Source: Eledone cirrhosa
Lineage: Eukaryota
NCBI GenBank assembly: GCA_964016885.1
Contig: OZ024750.1
Location: 7,316,001 to 7,380,000, forward strand
Length of the DNA: 64,000 nt
Reading direction: 5' to 3'
The translations under genes were made by a program, and so were the position numbers. The notes beneath the pieces are model-generated. The model did not search any database and had not been told where the DNA came from. It saw only the letters and a program-made list of their open reading frames with translations. This document shows, in pieces, positions 13,683 through 27,100 of this stretch; position 1 is the first letter of the stretch, and every line of letters begins with the position of its first letter.

Positions 13683-14496
13683 ATTAGAAATTGAATAATA
13701 TTTCAAGGTAAAATACTTCTGGGAAGGTGAGATGTGTGTGTGGAATAAAATATAAATATGTAGCTTATTTTCTTTTTCCTACAGGTGATTACAATCATTA
13801 ATTTTATATTTCTTTTGTTTATATTCATTGAAAGAAATCAGATAGAAGCAGAGACAGTGAAAGTAGCTAGAGATAATTATGAAAACAAAACACAAACATA
13901 ATTATATATGAGCTGCAAAGAAGGTTAATACATTTGCTGTCTCTACCTTAACAATATTATCAAATTACACCATACTTAACAGTTGTGCATGCGTCTCAGT
14001 GATATGACACAAGCCTGCATTTTTAGGTTGTGTTGAAATAACGAAAGACACATGCAGAATATTTGGTAATCATACCAACATATGACTGACATATCAAATG
14101 TCATATGAAACAAGTTTGGAATTTGTATGGAATTGTCTAACTAAAAATCATTTAGATGCTACACCAATAATTATAATTTGAAAACAGCACAAAACATAAA
14201 AGTAATTAATATAAAATAAAAACATTCTGGATCAAATGTTATTCTATTGGGAATCATAATTTCTGGTATTTCTAACCAAAATTATATGAAACAAAGTAAA
14301 GGTTAGAAAAATAGCCCTTGTTTTAGTGGTAAGAAACTCTCAGGAGAGCTGGACAGCAGAAGGTATTCAGAGAAGAAACCCCTCTCAAGCAAGTGCTTCG
14401 GTGGCATCATCTGTATGACAATTGATTGTAAAATGTGTGTATTATCAAATTTTGCCTCCTCAGGTGCCAGGTTGACACTCTCAACATGATTTGAGA

Positions 14497-14756
14497 AAAA
14501 GGTAAGATGAAGAGCTTAGTTTGTAAAAGGTAAGATGAAGAACTTAGTTCATAAAAGGTAAGATGCAGAGCTTAGTTCATAAAAGGTAAGATGAAGAGCT
14601 TAGTTTGTAAAAGGTAAGATGCAGAGCTTAGTTCATAAAAGGTAAGATGCAGAGCTTAGTTTGTAAAAGGTAAGATGCAGAACTTAGTTTGTAAAAGGTA
14701 AGATGAAGAACTTAGTTCATAAAAGGTAAGATGAAGAGCTTAGTTTGTAAAAGGTT
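14497..14756. repeat. 28-bp minisatellite, about 9 units
   Basis: Unit aaaaggtaagatg(a/c)aga(g/a)cttagtt(tg/ca)t; ggtaag every 28 bp from 14501. Confidence 0.95.
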
Positions 14757-16803
14757 TGCATGGCTTGAGAAGCTAGGAATTATCAGGACAGGATTGCAGC
14801 CTTGTTAGGAACAGCAATGATTTGTAGGAGGGTGTTGGAATGTTGAAAAAGAAAGAATGACCCAAAGGAAATTTGGCCATTGGCTATGACTCACTCTTTT
14901 GGTATTATAGTGTCGGTATAACATCTGCCAGAGCAAAAGCATTAATAATAATAATAATAATAATAATGATTTTTAACATATAGTAATAATAATAATAATG
15001 GACCGGGTGTGCATTAGTTGAATTAATATATGTTTTATCTGTATTATTTATTTGCTATTCAATTATTTCTAATACCCAATTAGCTTGTTTAATAAAAGAT
15101 CTATTTTTAATGTTATACAATATGCCGTTTAGTTTATGGTCTGGTTGCAATTTACATAAATTCTATAAGTAGATAAAAAATGTAATTATATCAAAGCCAT
15201 ATTTATCTTTTAGACTATATTTTCTATTTATCTCATTTGACCAAAGCAACACACCTATACATTTTAACTAGAGTGTAAGTTAGATCACATGTAGACTGGA
15301 AATTGTAGATATACTTTTAGATATGAGTGTCAGTCTCCAAATTTATTAAGAGTTTATCAACAATTAAAAAGAAGAGAAATATCTGTAATGGAATTTCAAT
15401 TGATGTTGATTTCTATAGTACGTAAGAATGGTTGAAAGATGAACAAAAGGACTGGCTGAAGGATGAGACAGTTATGAAAGCTACTGCATAAATTTATGAT
15501 AATGATAGCATCAAGAAAGCTTGCGATTTCAATGATTATGTCAGGCTTACACAAAGATGGATACACTGCTTTGAATGGAAGCTTTGGCCACATTACAAGA
15601 AATGAAAAATGAATTAGCTTTGAGAATTCCATGATGCAATCGTTTAACTATTTCCAAAACAAACTTCAGAAAACCAGTCTGTGAAGTAATCACCTATCAG
15701 TCAAAAAGGTAGAAGCACAAAATTGATTTGGTAAACTGATAAATAATATATATAATATGTCCACAATATAAAATGAAAACTTCAGCTACAAAATATTTTG
15801 AGAATATGTCCAATAAAAACTTTATTAAGATACATATAAAAATAAGAAAACTCATTGCTAGAACAGCCGTAAAACAGCTAAATGCTGTGAAAGACAGCGA
15901 TGGGGAAAAAATGCCTCAGAGGACAGAGACCAGCAGCCAGTGGTCAATAGAGGGAAAATCCATAAGGTGGGTGACAGGCAGATGAAATATAGAAAAGATT
16001 GAAAAAGGTGAGGAGGACAAGGAGCAGTGTGTTGTCATCGAGAAGTGACTGGAAGAGGATATAAAGAAAGGTGATGTTCAAGACAAGTTTACACACACAC
16101 ATCTTCACCCTGATCAGCTTTCAAACCAGCTAAATGGTTTCACACAGTTTAATTGAAAGTACACATTTTAAAATGATGGATTGTGCAACAGAAAAATAAA
16201 TCTTTCTACTGGTATGATGTGTGTGTGATAAAACAAACAGCACAGATAGAATTCAGAAAATGCCCATCATCTAGTACTTTGTAAAACATAAGATCATTAC
16301 TTATATTTTAGCATTCTTTTATAAAGAACTTTTTGATGATGATGGTGGTGGTGGTGAAAATTATTGATTCTGAATATAAGTAATTTTTTAAATAGATAAT
16401 TAGAAAAACGTTTATGAATTCATTTAAAGTTGAATCCATTAAATTTCCGTTTCTAACTTTGCTAACATTTCCAACAATATGCATTCTTATTCTCAGAATT
16501 TATTAAATAAAAATAACTAATCTACAACAATTATATTTGATGAACGAATGAATAACAAGCAATAAAGATAAGATGAAAATCATATGGTGTATGTGTTTCT
16601 TTTTATTGGCAATTCTGGCGACATGACCTTCTCAAATATAACAATAATTATATTTGTTCTTTTACATATAAAGTGTAAAATTATATTTGAGTGAGATCAA
16701 GTTAACCAATACAACAGAACAATATAAGTTTTTATTACTGAATATTCTTGTATCTTATTTAATAAAAGGTTCTTGCATAAAGTTATGATGGAAGCTTTTA
16801 AAC

Positions 16804-16975
16804 TACCGTATTTCCCGGCGTCGAAGATGCTATTTTTTTCCTAAAATAAGTTTCAAAAATCTACCATGCGTCATGGAGGCCGAAGGTTGTTTATTATTTT
16901 TTTTCAGATTTTTGGTTGTCAAAATTAGGGTGCGTCCTCAAGGACAAAGCGTCTTCAGCACTGGGAAATATGATA
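16804..16975. mobile_element. Tc1/mariner (Tc2-like) MITE; copies 60904-61084 and 62798-63174
   Basis: Consensus TA|CCGTATTTCCCGGCG ... GGGAAATACGG|TA termini with TA TSD; three alignable copies. Confidence 0.8.
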
Positions 16976-17899
16976 AGTATGAACACATTAAAACAGGTAG
17001 TTTTGTATAATAAAACTAGAGGTAGCCTCAGGTGAGATGGAATCAAATGGTTAAAACAAAACTTCTATAAAATTGAGTAAAATACATTTAACCCTTTATC
17101 ATTTACATTACTCTATATTTACTATAGTATTTTTGTGGCAAATGCTTTATTTTACATAATTATCTCACATAATATCAAATCTACAAGATTTTGATGTTAT
17201 TTATTTTGAGAACAATACCTTAACATCAATATGACTGGTCAGTTACAGCCAGTTTGAACAGAAAGAGGTGAGAGAATTCTGGCTGGATATAGCTGGTTTA
17301 AATATTAAGGGGTTAAGGTGCACTAGCTCCATGGCTCATTAAGTCAGTGTATTGTAAAATTCCTCTATTCTAATATTGTGCAATGAACTAAGATTAAAAC
17401 AATCTTTCCTAAACTAAAAGTCTGACATTTTCCACAGCAAAAGAAAAATTCTCAATAATAGAAGCCATAGAGTTGATTTAGAAACAATATTGTTGTCAGT
17501 GTTCTGTGTTCTCAAAAAAGATTATCTATAGATTGTGAAAATGAAGATGGTATGTATTAGTAGAAGAGTATATTAATCCATGCAGAAACAAAACCAAATT
17601 ATATCTATCTGATACTACGTCTGACTCAAGATGTCAACTGATATATTAGTAATCTTCATGACAGTAGAATTTGATCTTAATTCATCCTGTAAGCAAGATG
17701 AACTTGTAACCTCTTAAAGTTCACATTACTGCACCAGATCACATAATTGGATTAACCATTTCAATACCATATTTCTAATGAAATACATTGCTAATATGTT
17801 TCAATTAATTTTGAAAATAATAAAAATTTGAAGTTTAGCTTTTACATCCAACCTCCCTTTTTTTATGACCGTGCTGAAGTTGGCACATTACTGCACAGG

Positions 17900-18110
17900 C
17901 TCCAGCAATTCTTGAACTTCACCTGCTTCAGTGTAACTCCACTTACATGCAGAGTGCACTACACAAGCTTTCTTGAGAGGACGAGTGTCACAGACTTCAT
18001 GGCACTGATTTTTATTCTTGCCATGCAGCATTTAGCAGCAAACTCATGCAGGGATCACCTGGAGAGTTAAGTAGCACCATGTAGCAAATAACTAGGTGGT
18101 GATTAATTGA
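17900..18110 (-). mobile_element. Rex3/Expander-like (RTE clade) reverse transcriptase fragment
   Basis: EFAAKCCMARIKISAMKSVTLVLSRKLV*CTLHVSGVTLKQVKFK resembles the Rex3 pattern FAAECEAAGMRISTSKSEAMVLSRK...L.QV.EFKYLG. Confidence 0.6.
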
Positions 18111-18222
18111 TAGTTCAGCCCATCACTTAGCACAAACATCCAGAGATCAGAGACAATGCTCATGCCTGCTTTTATCTATAGTCATATGATTATTATTTTT
18201 ATATTAATGATAAATAATAAAT

Positions 18223-18400
18223 AGGGTAGACCTCGAGCAAGATGGTTAGATAACATCCATGAGTTCAGCTGGTCTCGCTTGGGGATTCAGCTGGATCAGT
18301 TGGAGACAGTTTCTTCTGATAAGACCCGCTGGAAGGAGTGTTTGAGGACTCTGTCTTGCATGGCCCTCTCAGGAATAAGTGGGCAAAGAAGAAGAATAAA
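18223..18400 (+). mobile_element. Rex3/Expander-like LINE 3' end with (GAA)n tail; further copies at 35838-36023, 41500-41630 and 45275-45335(-)
   Basis: GRPRARWLDNIHE.SWSRLGIQLDQLETVSSDKTRWKECLRTL; four copies alignable by eye. Confidence 0.65.
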
Positions 18401-18779
18401 TAAGTGTTTCTACTTTTGGCACAAGGCCAGCAATTACCCCAGTGTATTACTGGGACTTTATTTTATCGACCTCGTAAGGATGAAAGGCAAAGTTAACCTT
18501 GGCGGGATTTTAACTCAGTCTGTAAAGGAACGTAACTCTGTGCTGCAAAGCATGGCATCCGACCCTCTACCGATACTGCCATAAATAATATATAGATATG
18601 CTAGTGTGGAAAATTGGACATTAAACATGATGATGTAAGTTATTATTTTGTTAAAATCATTAGTCTATTAGTCTATACTCATAAATTAAATCCTGCATGA
18701 CTAGACCTTTACACAACTGACACTATAAACATGATATGTGATATACTGCGCACCAATGTATTATATTTATTTAAATATC

Positions 18780-19532
18780 TCATAAGATCTAATTCTATTT
18801 TTATATTATAATCTTATCTGACACCATGTTAATACTCATATGAAATCAGAGATATTCTTTTATCAATATCATGAGATCTGGCACTCTTTTATCAATCTTA
18901 TGAGGGCTAACACACTCTTTTAACAATCTTATAAGATCTGACACACTCTTTTAACCATCATATAAGATCTGACACACTCTTTTAACAATCTTATAAGATC
19001 TGATACACTCCTTTAACCATCCCATGAGATCTGACACACTCCTTTAACCATCCCATGAGATCTGACACACTCCTTTAACCATCCAATAAGATCTAACACA
19101 TTCCTTTAACCATCCCATGAGATCTAACACATTCCTTTAACCATCCCATGAGATCTAACACACTTCTGTAACCATCTCATGAGATCTAACACATTCCTTT
19201 AACCATCCCATGAGATCTAACACATTCCTTTAACCATCCCATGAGATCTAACACACTTCTGTAACCATCTCATGAGATCTGACAATATTTTAACAATCTC
19301 TTGAGATTTGATAATATCTTAATAATCTCATGAAATCTGATGATAGCTTAATAATCTTGTGAGATCTGACAATATTTTAACAATCTCATGAGATCTGACA
19401 ATATTTTAACCATCTCGTGAGATCTGACAATATTTTAACCATCTCGTGAGATCTGACAATATTTTAACCATCTCGTGAGATCTGACAATATTTTAACCAT
19501 CTTGTGAGATCTGACAATATTTTAACCATCTT
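18780..19532. repeat. Two-domain minisatellite (30-bp units, then 28-bp units) around the core gagatct
   Basis: gagatctgacacactcctttaaccatcccat changes to gagatctgacaatattttaaccatctcgt at about 19275. Confidence 0.9.
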
Positions 19533-20423
19533 TAGGTTAATACAACTTAGAGGACACACCAGTTGTTTAATAAAGATTCTCAAAACTGTTTGATTAACCT
19601 CCAAAGTAACAAACAGAACAGGAATGTGTTGATAAGCATTGAAGCATCATGTAATTGTAAACATCACAGGTAACATATTTATGAGCACAGATATAATAAA
19701 GTGTTAGAAGTAAAGGCTTGCCTGTTAAACAAATGACCTATTTTCCAACATAGTCTAAAATGCAAATATGGGGTGTCCCATACCAGCTGTGTGATCAAAT
19801 CTAAAGTGTACGGATTAATTGTGTTTTCTATAAAGTTAGCAGCTGTTTAGGATTGAAGCATTTTCTAATATGAAAAATTAAATCCAGCATGTGTGAATTT
19901 GCAATGAAATCTGGGTTATTTGATGAATACATGGTCAACATGAAATATTATCAAACATTGTCAGCTCAAAGAATTTGACTTTCATAATTTTAGTTGTTTC
20001 TACTTTTGACACAAGGCCAGCAATTACCCAGTACATTACTGGTACTTTATTTTATCGACCCCGTAAGGATGAAAGGAAAAGTTAACCTCAACGGGATTTG
20101 AACTCAGACCGTAAAGGGACGTAACTATGCTGGAAAGCAGGGCGTCCAACCCTCCACCGATACTGCCAATTCACTGCCCTTTTCATAATTTTGTGTTGAC
20201 TACTATATGTACTTTATTTAATCAATTCAGCTAGGGTTAAGGGCAATTTCAAAGTCACTAAAGTTTTAACATAGAATTAGATATAAAACTAGTATTTGTT
20301 ATTGTTTAACCCTTGTCAGTTCTGATTAAACAGATCTATGATGAAGGAATTCCAGTCCAGTGATGACCATCTTGCCCTTTAAAGGGTATTTAGGACTACA
20401 TTAACTGATGTGTCATTTCCTTT

Positions 20424-20661
20424 TTTAACCCTTTCATGGCCATATTTCTAATGATATACACCCTATTTCAATTAATTAATGAAGAATTTTGAGGGATTTA
20501 ATAAAATTAATCATTTCATTACTAAGATAGTAACTTAATGTAAGGTTCTTATATAAAATTATGTTGGAAGATTTTAATTTAAATTGGAAATATTTAAAAT
20601 GGGTGACTTTATTTCATAGAACCAGAGCTGGTTTTGGCTGGGTTGGTAACTAAACGATTAA
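20424..20661. mobile_element. piggyBac-type MITE family B (older); related copies near 16750-17055 and 62533-63250
   Basis: Starts TTAA|CCCTTTCATGG, degenerate aaacga|TTAA end; interior aaggttcttatataaaattatgttggaagatttt shared; interrupts another dispersed repeat. Confidence 0.6.
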
Positions 20662-21166
20662 AATGACAGTCTGGTATTTGAACAAGATTTGGCTGCTGTT
20701 TCAACAGGTCAAACAACTATGTACATGATCTCTTTGGCTCAAACAAGTTACTAAACTAAGTAAGTATCAAACTGAACTAAGTAAGCATCAAGGTATATAT
20801 TTTGTCTGTCTATCTGTGTATTGTGGTAATTTAATTACAGGGAATAATTTAATTCAATATAAAACTATAAACACTTATGTTAGTAAATATAACATCTTTA
20901 ATATCAACTGATATTTTATGTCAAACTGGACATTAGAGCAAGTTACATTAAAGAAGAGACATTCAGAGGTTATTTCTAATGAAAACAATGTTTACTTTAA
21001 GGATGGAATGCCATTTAAGTGTATTAAGATGGCTCGTTATATCTAGCCTGTTATGAGATTTTCATTAAATATATAGACATACATTTATTCTATTAGGATT
21101 GCACAGTTGAGAATTAACCTTTATTGTAAAAATAACAGTTTTAGACATTAGGCTAGAGTAGACGTA

Positions 21167-21745
21167 ATGGTGGTGGTGATGGTGGTGGTGATGGTGGTGG
21201 TAGTGGTGGTGGTGATGGTGGTGGTAGTGGTGATGATGGTGGTAGTGGTGGTGGTGGTAGTGGTGATGATGGTGGTGGTAGTGGTGGTGATGGTGGTGGT
21301 AGTGGTGATGATGGTGGTAGTGGTGATGGTGGTGGTGGTGGTGGTTGTGGTAGTGGTGGTAGTGGTGATGATGGTGGTGGTGGTGATGATGGTGGTAGTG
21401 GTGTTGATGGTGGTGGTAGTGTTGATGGTGATGGTGGTGGTAGTGGTGATGATGGTGGTAGTGGTGATGATGGTGGTAGTAGTGGTGGTGGTAGTAGTGA
21501 TGATGGTGGTGGTGGTGGTAGTGGTGATGATGGTGGTGGTGTGATGATGGTGGTAGTGGTGTTGATGGTGGTGGTAGTGGTGGTGGTGGTGGTGGTAATG
21601 GTGGTGGTGATGGTGGTAGTGATGATGGTGGTAGTGGTGGTGATGGTGGTGGTAGTGGTGATGATAGTGGTGGTGATGATGGTGGTAGTGGTGGTGGTGA
21701 TGGTGGTGGTGGTGATGATGGTAGTGGTGGTGGTGGTGGTAGTGA
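21167..21745. repeat. (GGT/GAT/AGT)n trinucleotide tract
   Basis: Direct reading. Confidence 0.95.
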
Positions 21746-22171
21746 TTATGGTAATAAAAATGGTGTTTATAGTAAGTGTGGAAATAATGATGGTCATACT
21801 TGTGGTATTTATGGAGTAATAATTGAAGGCAAGTGGCTTAGTGGTTAGGGTGTTCAGTTTATAATTCAGCTTAAATTTTCTCTCTCACAGTAAATCTATG
21901 TGCATGGTTTTTTTTCTTAGATATTATTTAAAGACATATAATTGTTTCTACTTTAGGCACAAGGCCAGCAATTACCCAGTACATTACTGGTACTTTATTT
22001 TATCAACCCCGTAAGGATGAAAGGCAAAGTTAACCTCGGCGGGATTTGAACTCAGACTGTAAAGGGACGTAACTATGTTAGAAAGCATGGCGTCCAACCC
22101 TCTACCGATACTGCCAATATATATATATTATTTAAAGACATATAATAAAGAATATATATATATATATATAT

Positions 22172-22507
22172 GGAGGCACATGGCTTAGTGGTTAGAGCAT
22201 TGACCTTGCAATCGAAAGGTTGTGAGTTCAATTCTCAGACCGGGTGATGTGTTGTTTCCTTGAGCAAGACACTTTATTTCACATTGCTCCAGTTTGCTCA
22301 GCTGTAGAAATGAGATGATAGGGACTGGGGTCCCTATCATTCCACTGCAAAGTGGTCGTGTAGGTGCCACGGCAAAAAAGCACCCAACACTCACTGTAAA
22401 TGAGGTTGGTGTTAGGAAGGGCATCCAGCTGTAGAAATCAAGCCAAAATCAGTTACCGTCCCACCCTTGCAAGCAGGGAAAAAGCGGACGTAAAATGAAA
22501 TGATGAT
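22172..22507 (+). mobile_element. SINE family B: tRNA head, CORE-like domain, RTE-related body and tail; second copy 57725-58039(-)
   Basis: tggcttagtggttagagc..gagttcaattc head; ccttgagcaagacactttatttcac..ctcagctgtagaaatgag CORE-like segment; 3' end matches the RTE tail at 52855. Confidence 0.8.
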
Positions 22508-22967
22508 ACATATATATATGTGTATATATATATATGTGTGTATATATATATATACGTGTGTGTGTATATATATATATATATATGTGTGTATATATACGTG
22601 TGTGTATATAAATACGTGTGTGTATATATATATATATAGAGAGAGAGAGATAGATAGAGTGTGTGTGTGTGTGTCTGTCCCAAAAATATTTACCCACTTC
22701 AACAGCATTCTAATAAATATTGCCTGTACAAGTAATGAAAGTGTGTATACATTTGTTTGGGACACCCTGTATATACATACATGCAGGTATATATATATAT
22801 ATATATAAGTATTGAAGTTTCCGTTGAAAATTGAAAAAGTCATAGGAGTGAAGAGTGCTCTATGTAAGTTACAGAGCTAAATTTAATGTATAATAAACAA
22901 TACAATATAATTACCTCATTACCAGAGGTTTCCCGAATGAGATGAATACAAGAAACGTCCTCATTCG

Positions 22968-22970
<3 letters not shown>

Positions 22971-23023
<53 letters not shown>

Positions 23024-23106
23024 CATACATATATACATATATATATACATATACATATATATACATACATACATATATATACATACATACATATATACAT
23101 ACATAC

Positions 23107-23137
<31 letters not shown>

Positions 23138-23222
23138 CATATATATATACATATATATATACATATATATATACATACATATATACATACATATATACAT
23201 ACATATATACATACATATATAC

Positions 23223-23305
<83 letters not shown>

Positions 23306-23474
23306 TATATATATACATATATATATACATACATACATATATACATATATATATACATATATATACATATATATATACATATATATTTACATACATATAT
23401 ACATATATACATACATATATACATATATATATACATACATATATACATATATACATACATATATACATACATAT

Positions 23475-23517
<43 letters not shown>

Positions 23518-23564
23518 TATATACATATATATATACATATATATATATACATATATATATACAC

Positions 23565-23595
<31 letters not shown>

Positions 23596-23622
23596 CATAT
23601 ATATACACACATATATATATAC

Positions 23623-23653
<31 letters not shown>
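22971..23653. repeat. (TA)n/(TACA)n compound microsatellite; similar blocks at 33020-33620 and 51030-51485
   Basis: Direct reading. Confidence 0.95.
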
Positions 23654-24689
23654 GTTAAAGAAATGACAACTGGTGTGATTTGAATTAGGAAGATCAAAAG
23701 ATGGACAGAATACTGTAAAGTATCTGATATTCCCCTGGGGGAGAGAGGTTACATTAAATTGATTAACTACATTATTGTTACTTTGTTGGTGTTGTTGTTT
23801 AACCCCAGGTCAACATTGATATTGAGCAGAACTATGATCAGAGGCTTTCCAGATATGACCTCCCTGTTTTTATTCTAGTGTTGGTGATCTACACAATAAA
23901 AGCCCCCAGTGCATGCAGTAAAGTGGTAGGTGATAGGAAGGGCATCCAGAAGTAGAAAACTTGCCAAACAAAGTGTTGGGAGAACCCCTCAGCCATGTTA
24001 AGGATGTGACAGCTATCCCAGTGTTGGTGATCTACATGATAAACACACCCAGTACATGCAGTAAAGTGGTTGGTGATAGGAAAGGCAACCAGCGATAGGA
24101 AGCTTGTCAAACAAAAGGTTGGTGGAGGGACCCTCAGTTGTGTCTAAGACATAACAACCCCTCCTGTGTTCAGTAGAATGTTAGACCATACATAAGTGGA
24201 ACACAGATCTCTGGCCTGTCTGGCAGATCTGTAGCCCCACTTCTGTACTGACATGGTGTATGTAGACCTATCAAACCCTTACTAACAGGAGCAGCGGACG
24301 TTAAAACCACAATGATGATAATGATGATGATAGAGTATCTAGTATAATATTTATCCAATAGGGCGAGATTTATGGAGATTTGGGTATTATTTCTAGTAGA
24401 TCAAGCAACCACTTAGGGGTTCTCTTGTTGATTAGTGGTATTTATTTTAGTTGATTTAGAAGTCAGGTCTAACATTAATTCAAAGCTTTACCATTTCTCC
24501 CAGCAAACCTAATGATTGGTAATCTAATTTAGTACAACAATAAAATGTGATTGGTGAATTGCTAAATCTATTATGAAAACATAGTAATAACATTATTAAT
24601 TAATGACTGTAATAAATTATGAACAGAGAGACACATTTGATTGAATATACACCCCACCCCATCCCTGCCACCAATGAGCCTTTATTTGG

Positions 24690-24900
24690 TTGCTCAACCT
24701 GTTAGAAATAGCAACTAAACCTCTCACATACTGAGTGTTTGAATTTACACCTGAGGGACCTTTTATGTCATTGCTCAACCTGCTACAAATAGCAGCCAAA
24801 CCTTCCTCACATTATACAGGTTGTTTGAATTTACACCCAATGAAGGATATTTTATGTAATTGCTCAACCTGCTAGAAATAGTAGCCAAATCTCCCTCTCA
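24690..24900. repeat. Three ~85-bp tandem copies of a dispersed repeat segment (ttgctcaacctgctagaaatagcagccaaa)
   Basis: Units at 24690, 24771 and 24860; same motif reversed at about 20687, 24380, 28213, 62020 and 63313. Confidence 0.65.
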
Positions 24901-25925
24901 CTGCATGTTACTATTATAAAAATGGAAGGACTGCTTGGATAATGTAGACATAGATATACCAAAATATGGAATAGTCACAGATGGAATGCTCTGATCCTGA
25001 ATCTACTTGACCAGGACTGGCTTGACCAAGTTGGTCAACAACATTTTTATGTTCTAATCCAGAGGGATGTGATTCTCATAGAATGCTTCAAACAAGACAG
25101 AGAAAAAGATTTTCAACAAGTGTTTTTGAGCTACCATTACCGTACCTATGTTGTTTGTAGACCTACCTGTCCATGCTTGCTAAATTGGCCAAGACGATTC
25201 TGTAGTGTGGTCAGGGAATTAGCTCAGGTATGAAATTTAAGTGGGTTAATTAATTGAAAGATATCTTATTTTGAGGATCTGTATTGAAGACATTATCTAT
25301 TCTAAGCCCAATAAAGTACCAGTAATGCACTGGGTATTTGCTGGCCTTGTGCCTAAAGTAGAAACAATTATCTATTCTAAGCCCTCATCCTCAAAATTGA
25401 TGCATTAAATTTTATTGAACTCAGAAGATACAGACATAAAACAGATACCACAAATCATTCCATCTGACTCTTTAACAGTTTTACCAATTCACTGCCTGTG
25501 GATTTCTACATTATTAACTCAGAAAGTTGACCTCAGCAGAGAGTCAGAACAAATACCAACACTTTTAATTCAGTGCTTTAAACCAATCTGCCAATTTTCT
25601 GCTTTAACCCTTTATTTAGCATTTACATTACTCTATACATACTATTGTATTTTCATGGTAAAAATTTTATCTCACACAATATTGAATCTATGACATTTCG
25701 ATATCATTTATGTTGAGAACAATACCTTAATATCAGTATGAGTGGCCAGTTATGACCAGTTTAAACAGAAAGAGGTGAGAGAATTCTGGCTGGATATGGC
25801 TAGTTTAAATGCTAAAGGGTTAAGTTCTACTTTGAACAGTTAGTATATTTAATTATACATAATTCTGATAGTCTTCATAGTACCATACACTTCTATTTTG
25901 TACCTGTTACTACCATCATCAATCT

Positions 25926-26208
25926 CATCACTGTTTTACATCCTCTTTTCCATGCTTGCATGGGTTAGATGGGTTCTTTTCAGCACAGCATCTCTCCAAT
26001 TGTTTCGGTCCTTCATCATATCCTCTGTGAGATTCAATGATATGAGATCAGCTCTGACAACCTTTGCTCAGGTCTTCCTTGGTCTCCCTCTACCACAACT
26101 CGCTTCCACTGGGATTTCTTGTCACTTCTTCATCCAACTGTCATCATCTATATGCATCACATGACCATACCAGTGCAGTCTTTTCTCCTGCACACAACAT
26201 CTGATGCC
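25926..26208 (-). mobile_element. RTE-clade LINE 3' end with tail
   Basis: Same family as 76-190; ends ...catctaacCCATGCaaGCATGGaaaagaggatgtaaaac. Confidence 0.75.
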
Positions 26209-26889
26209 AAAGGTATTAACAGTATATCTGCAGGGAAGGGACTTTTACAGAGAATTATAAATTATTCATCAAGAACTTACTTCTTGCATTACAATAAATG
26301 CTAAGACATGATAAACAACAGGAAGCAGGCTAAATAGTAATTAGATAAGCAAGTGATGACAATATTGATAATTAAGGTAAGAAATTTCAGAAAATAGAAT
26401 CGTTAACTTAGCAGTTTTGTTTATGCTTTCTTCTCAAATCAAATGCTATAAGCCTTATACTGTTATTAAACACTGTTATTTACTTTATCTCCATAAGTCA
26501 ATTAGTCAGCCTCTTGAGATGAAAGATTGGTTATTGTAACTATTTAATAGACTCAGTAATATGTTTACTTTGTAAATGAGAGATATATGGTTTGACTTCT
26601 GTCAGTGAGATTGTTGTTAGTGGGGTGGGAGATGGAAACCTCCATGTGGTCCACCCTGTATATACACATTGCTCGATATATATGTCTTATACTGATGAAT
26701 TTAATTGTTTCTACTTTTGGCACAGGGCCAGCAATTACCCAGTGTATTACTGGTACTTTATTATATCGACCCCATAAGGATGAAAGGCAAAGTTAATCTC
26801 GGTGGGATTCGAACTCAGAACGTAAAGGGCCATAATTCCATGCTGCAAAGCTAGGTGTCTGACGCTCTACCGATTGATAAATATAATAT

Positions 26890-27100
26890 TAAGCAAATAC
26901 TGGGGCTTGTCTGGCCATTTTCTCTTTGCACCGGCCACCGTTGAGACCTCAAACGTCCTCAGACCCATACTGCAGAACTCCCCTGTAAAATCGGAATGTT
27001 ATCAGCCCATCTGAGGAAGGAGCCCTGCAAGGTGGGGGGTGGCTGTTGCAGTGGGTTTGGGTGTTGGCCCTTTTTTGTGGAAATGCTTTTACAGTTTTGT
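26890..27100 (+). mobile_element. Second CRE-like 3' fragment
   Basis: Aligns by eye with 3015-3210 (cccatactgc..ctgaggaaggagccc..ggaaatgctttt). Confidence 0.65.

Noticed and set aside
22172-22245. tRNA gene
   Set aside because: A/B boxes are present but it continues into a SINE body and lacks a clean acceptor stem; the same applies to the other SINE heads.
22934-22967. cgaatgag-atgaatacaa-GAAACGTC-ctcattcg, hammerhead-like with 8-bp stem I
   Set aside because: Lacks CUG of the core and any stem II; at most a deleted remnant.
22911-23697. Tyr/Ile-rich ORFs (also at 33.0-33.9 kb and 50.9-51.5 kb)
   Set aside because: (TA)n microsatellite artefacts.
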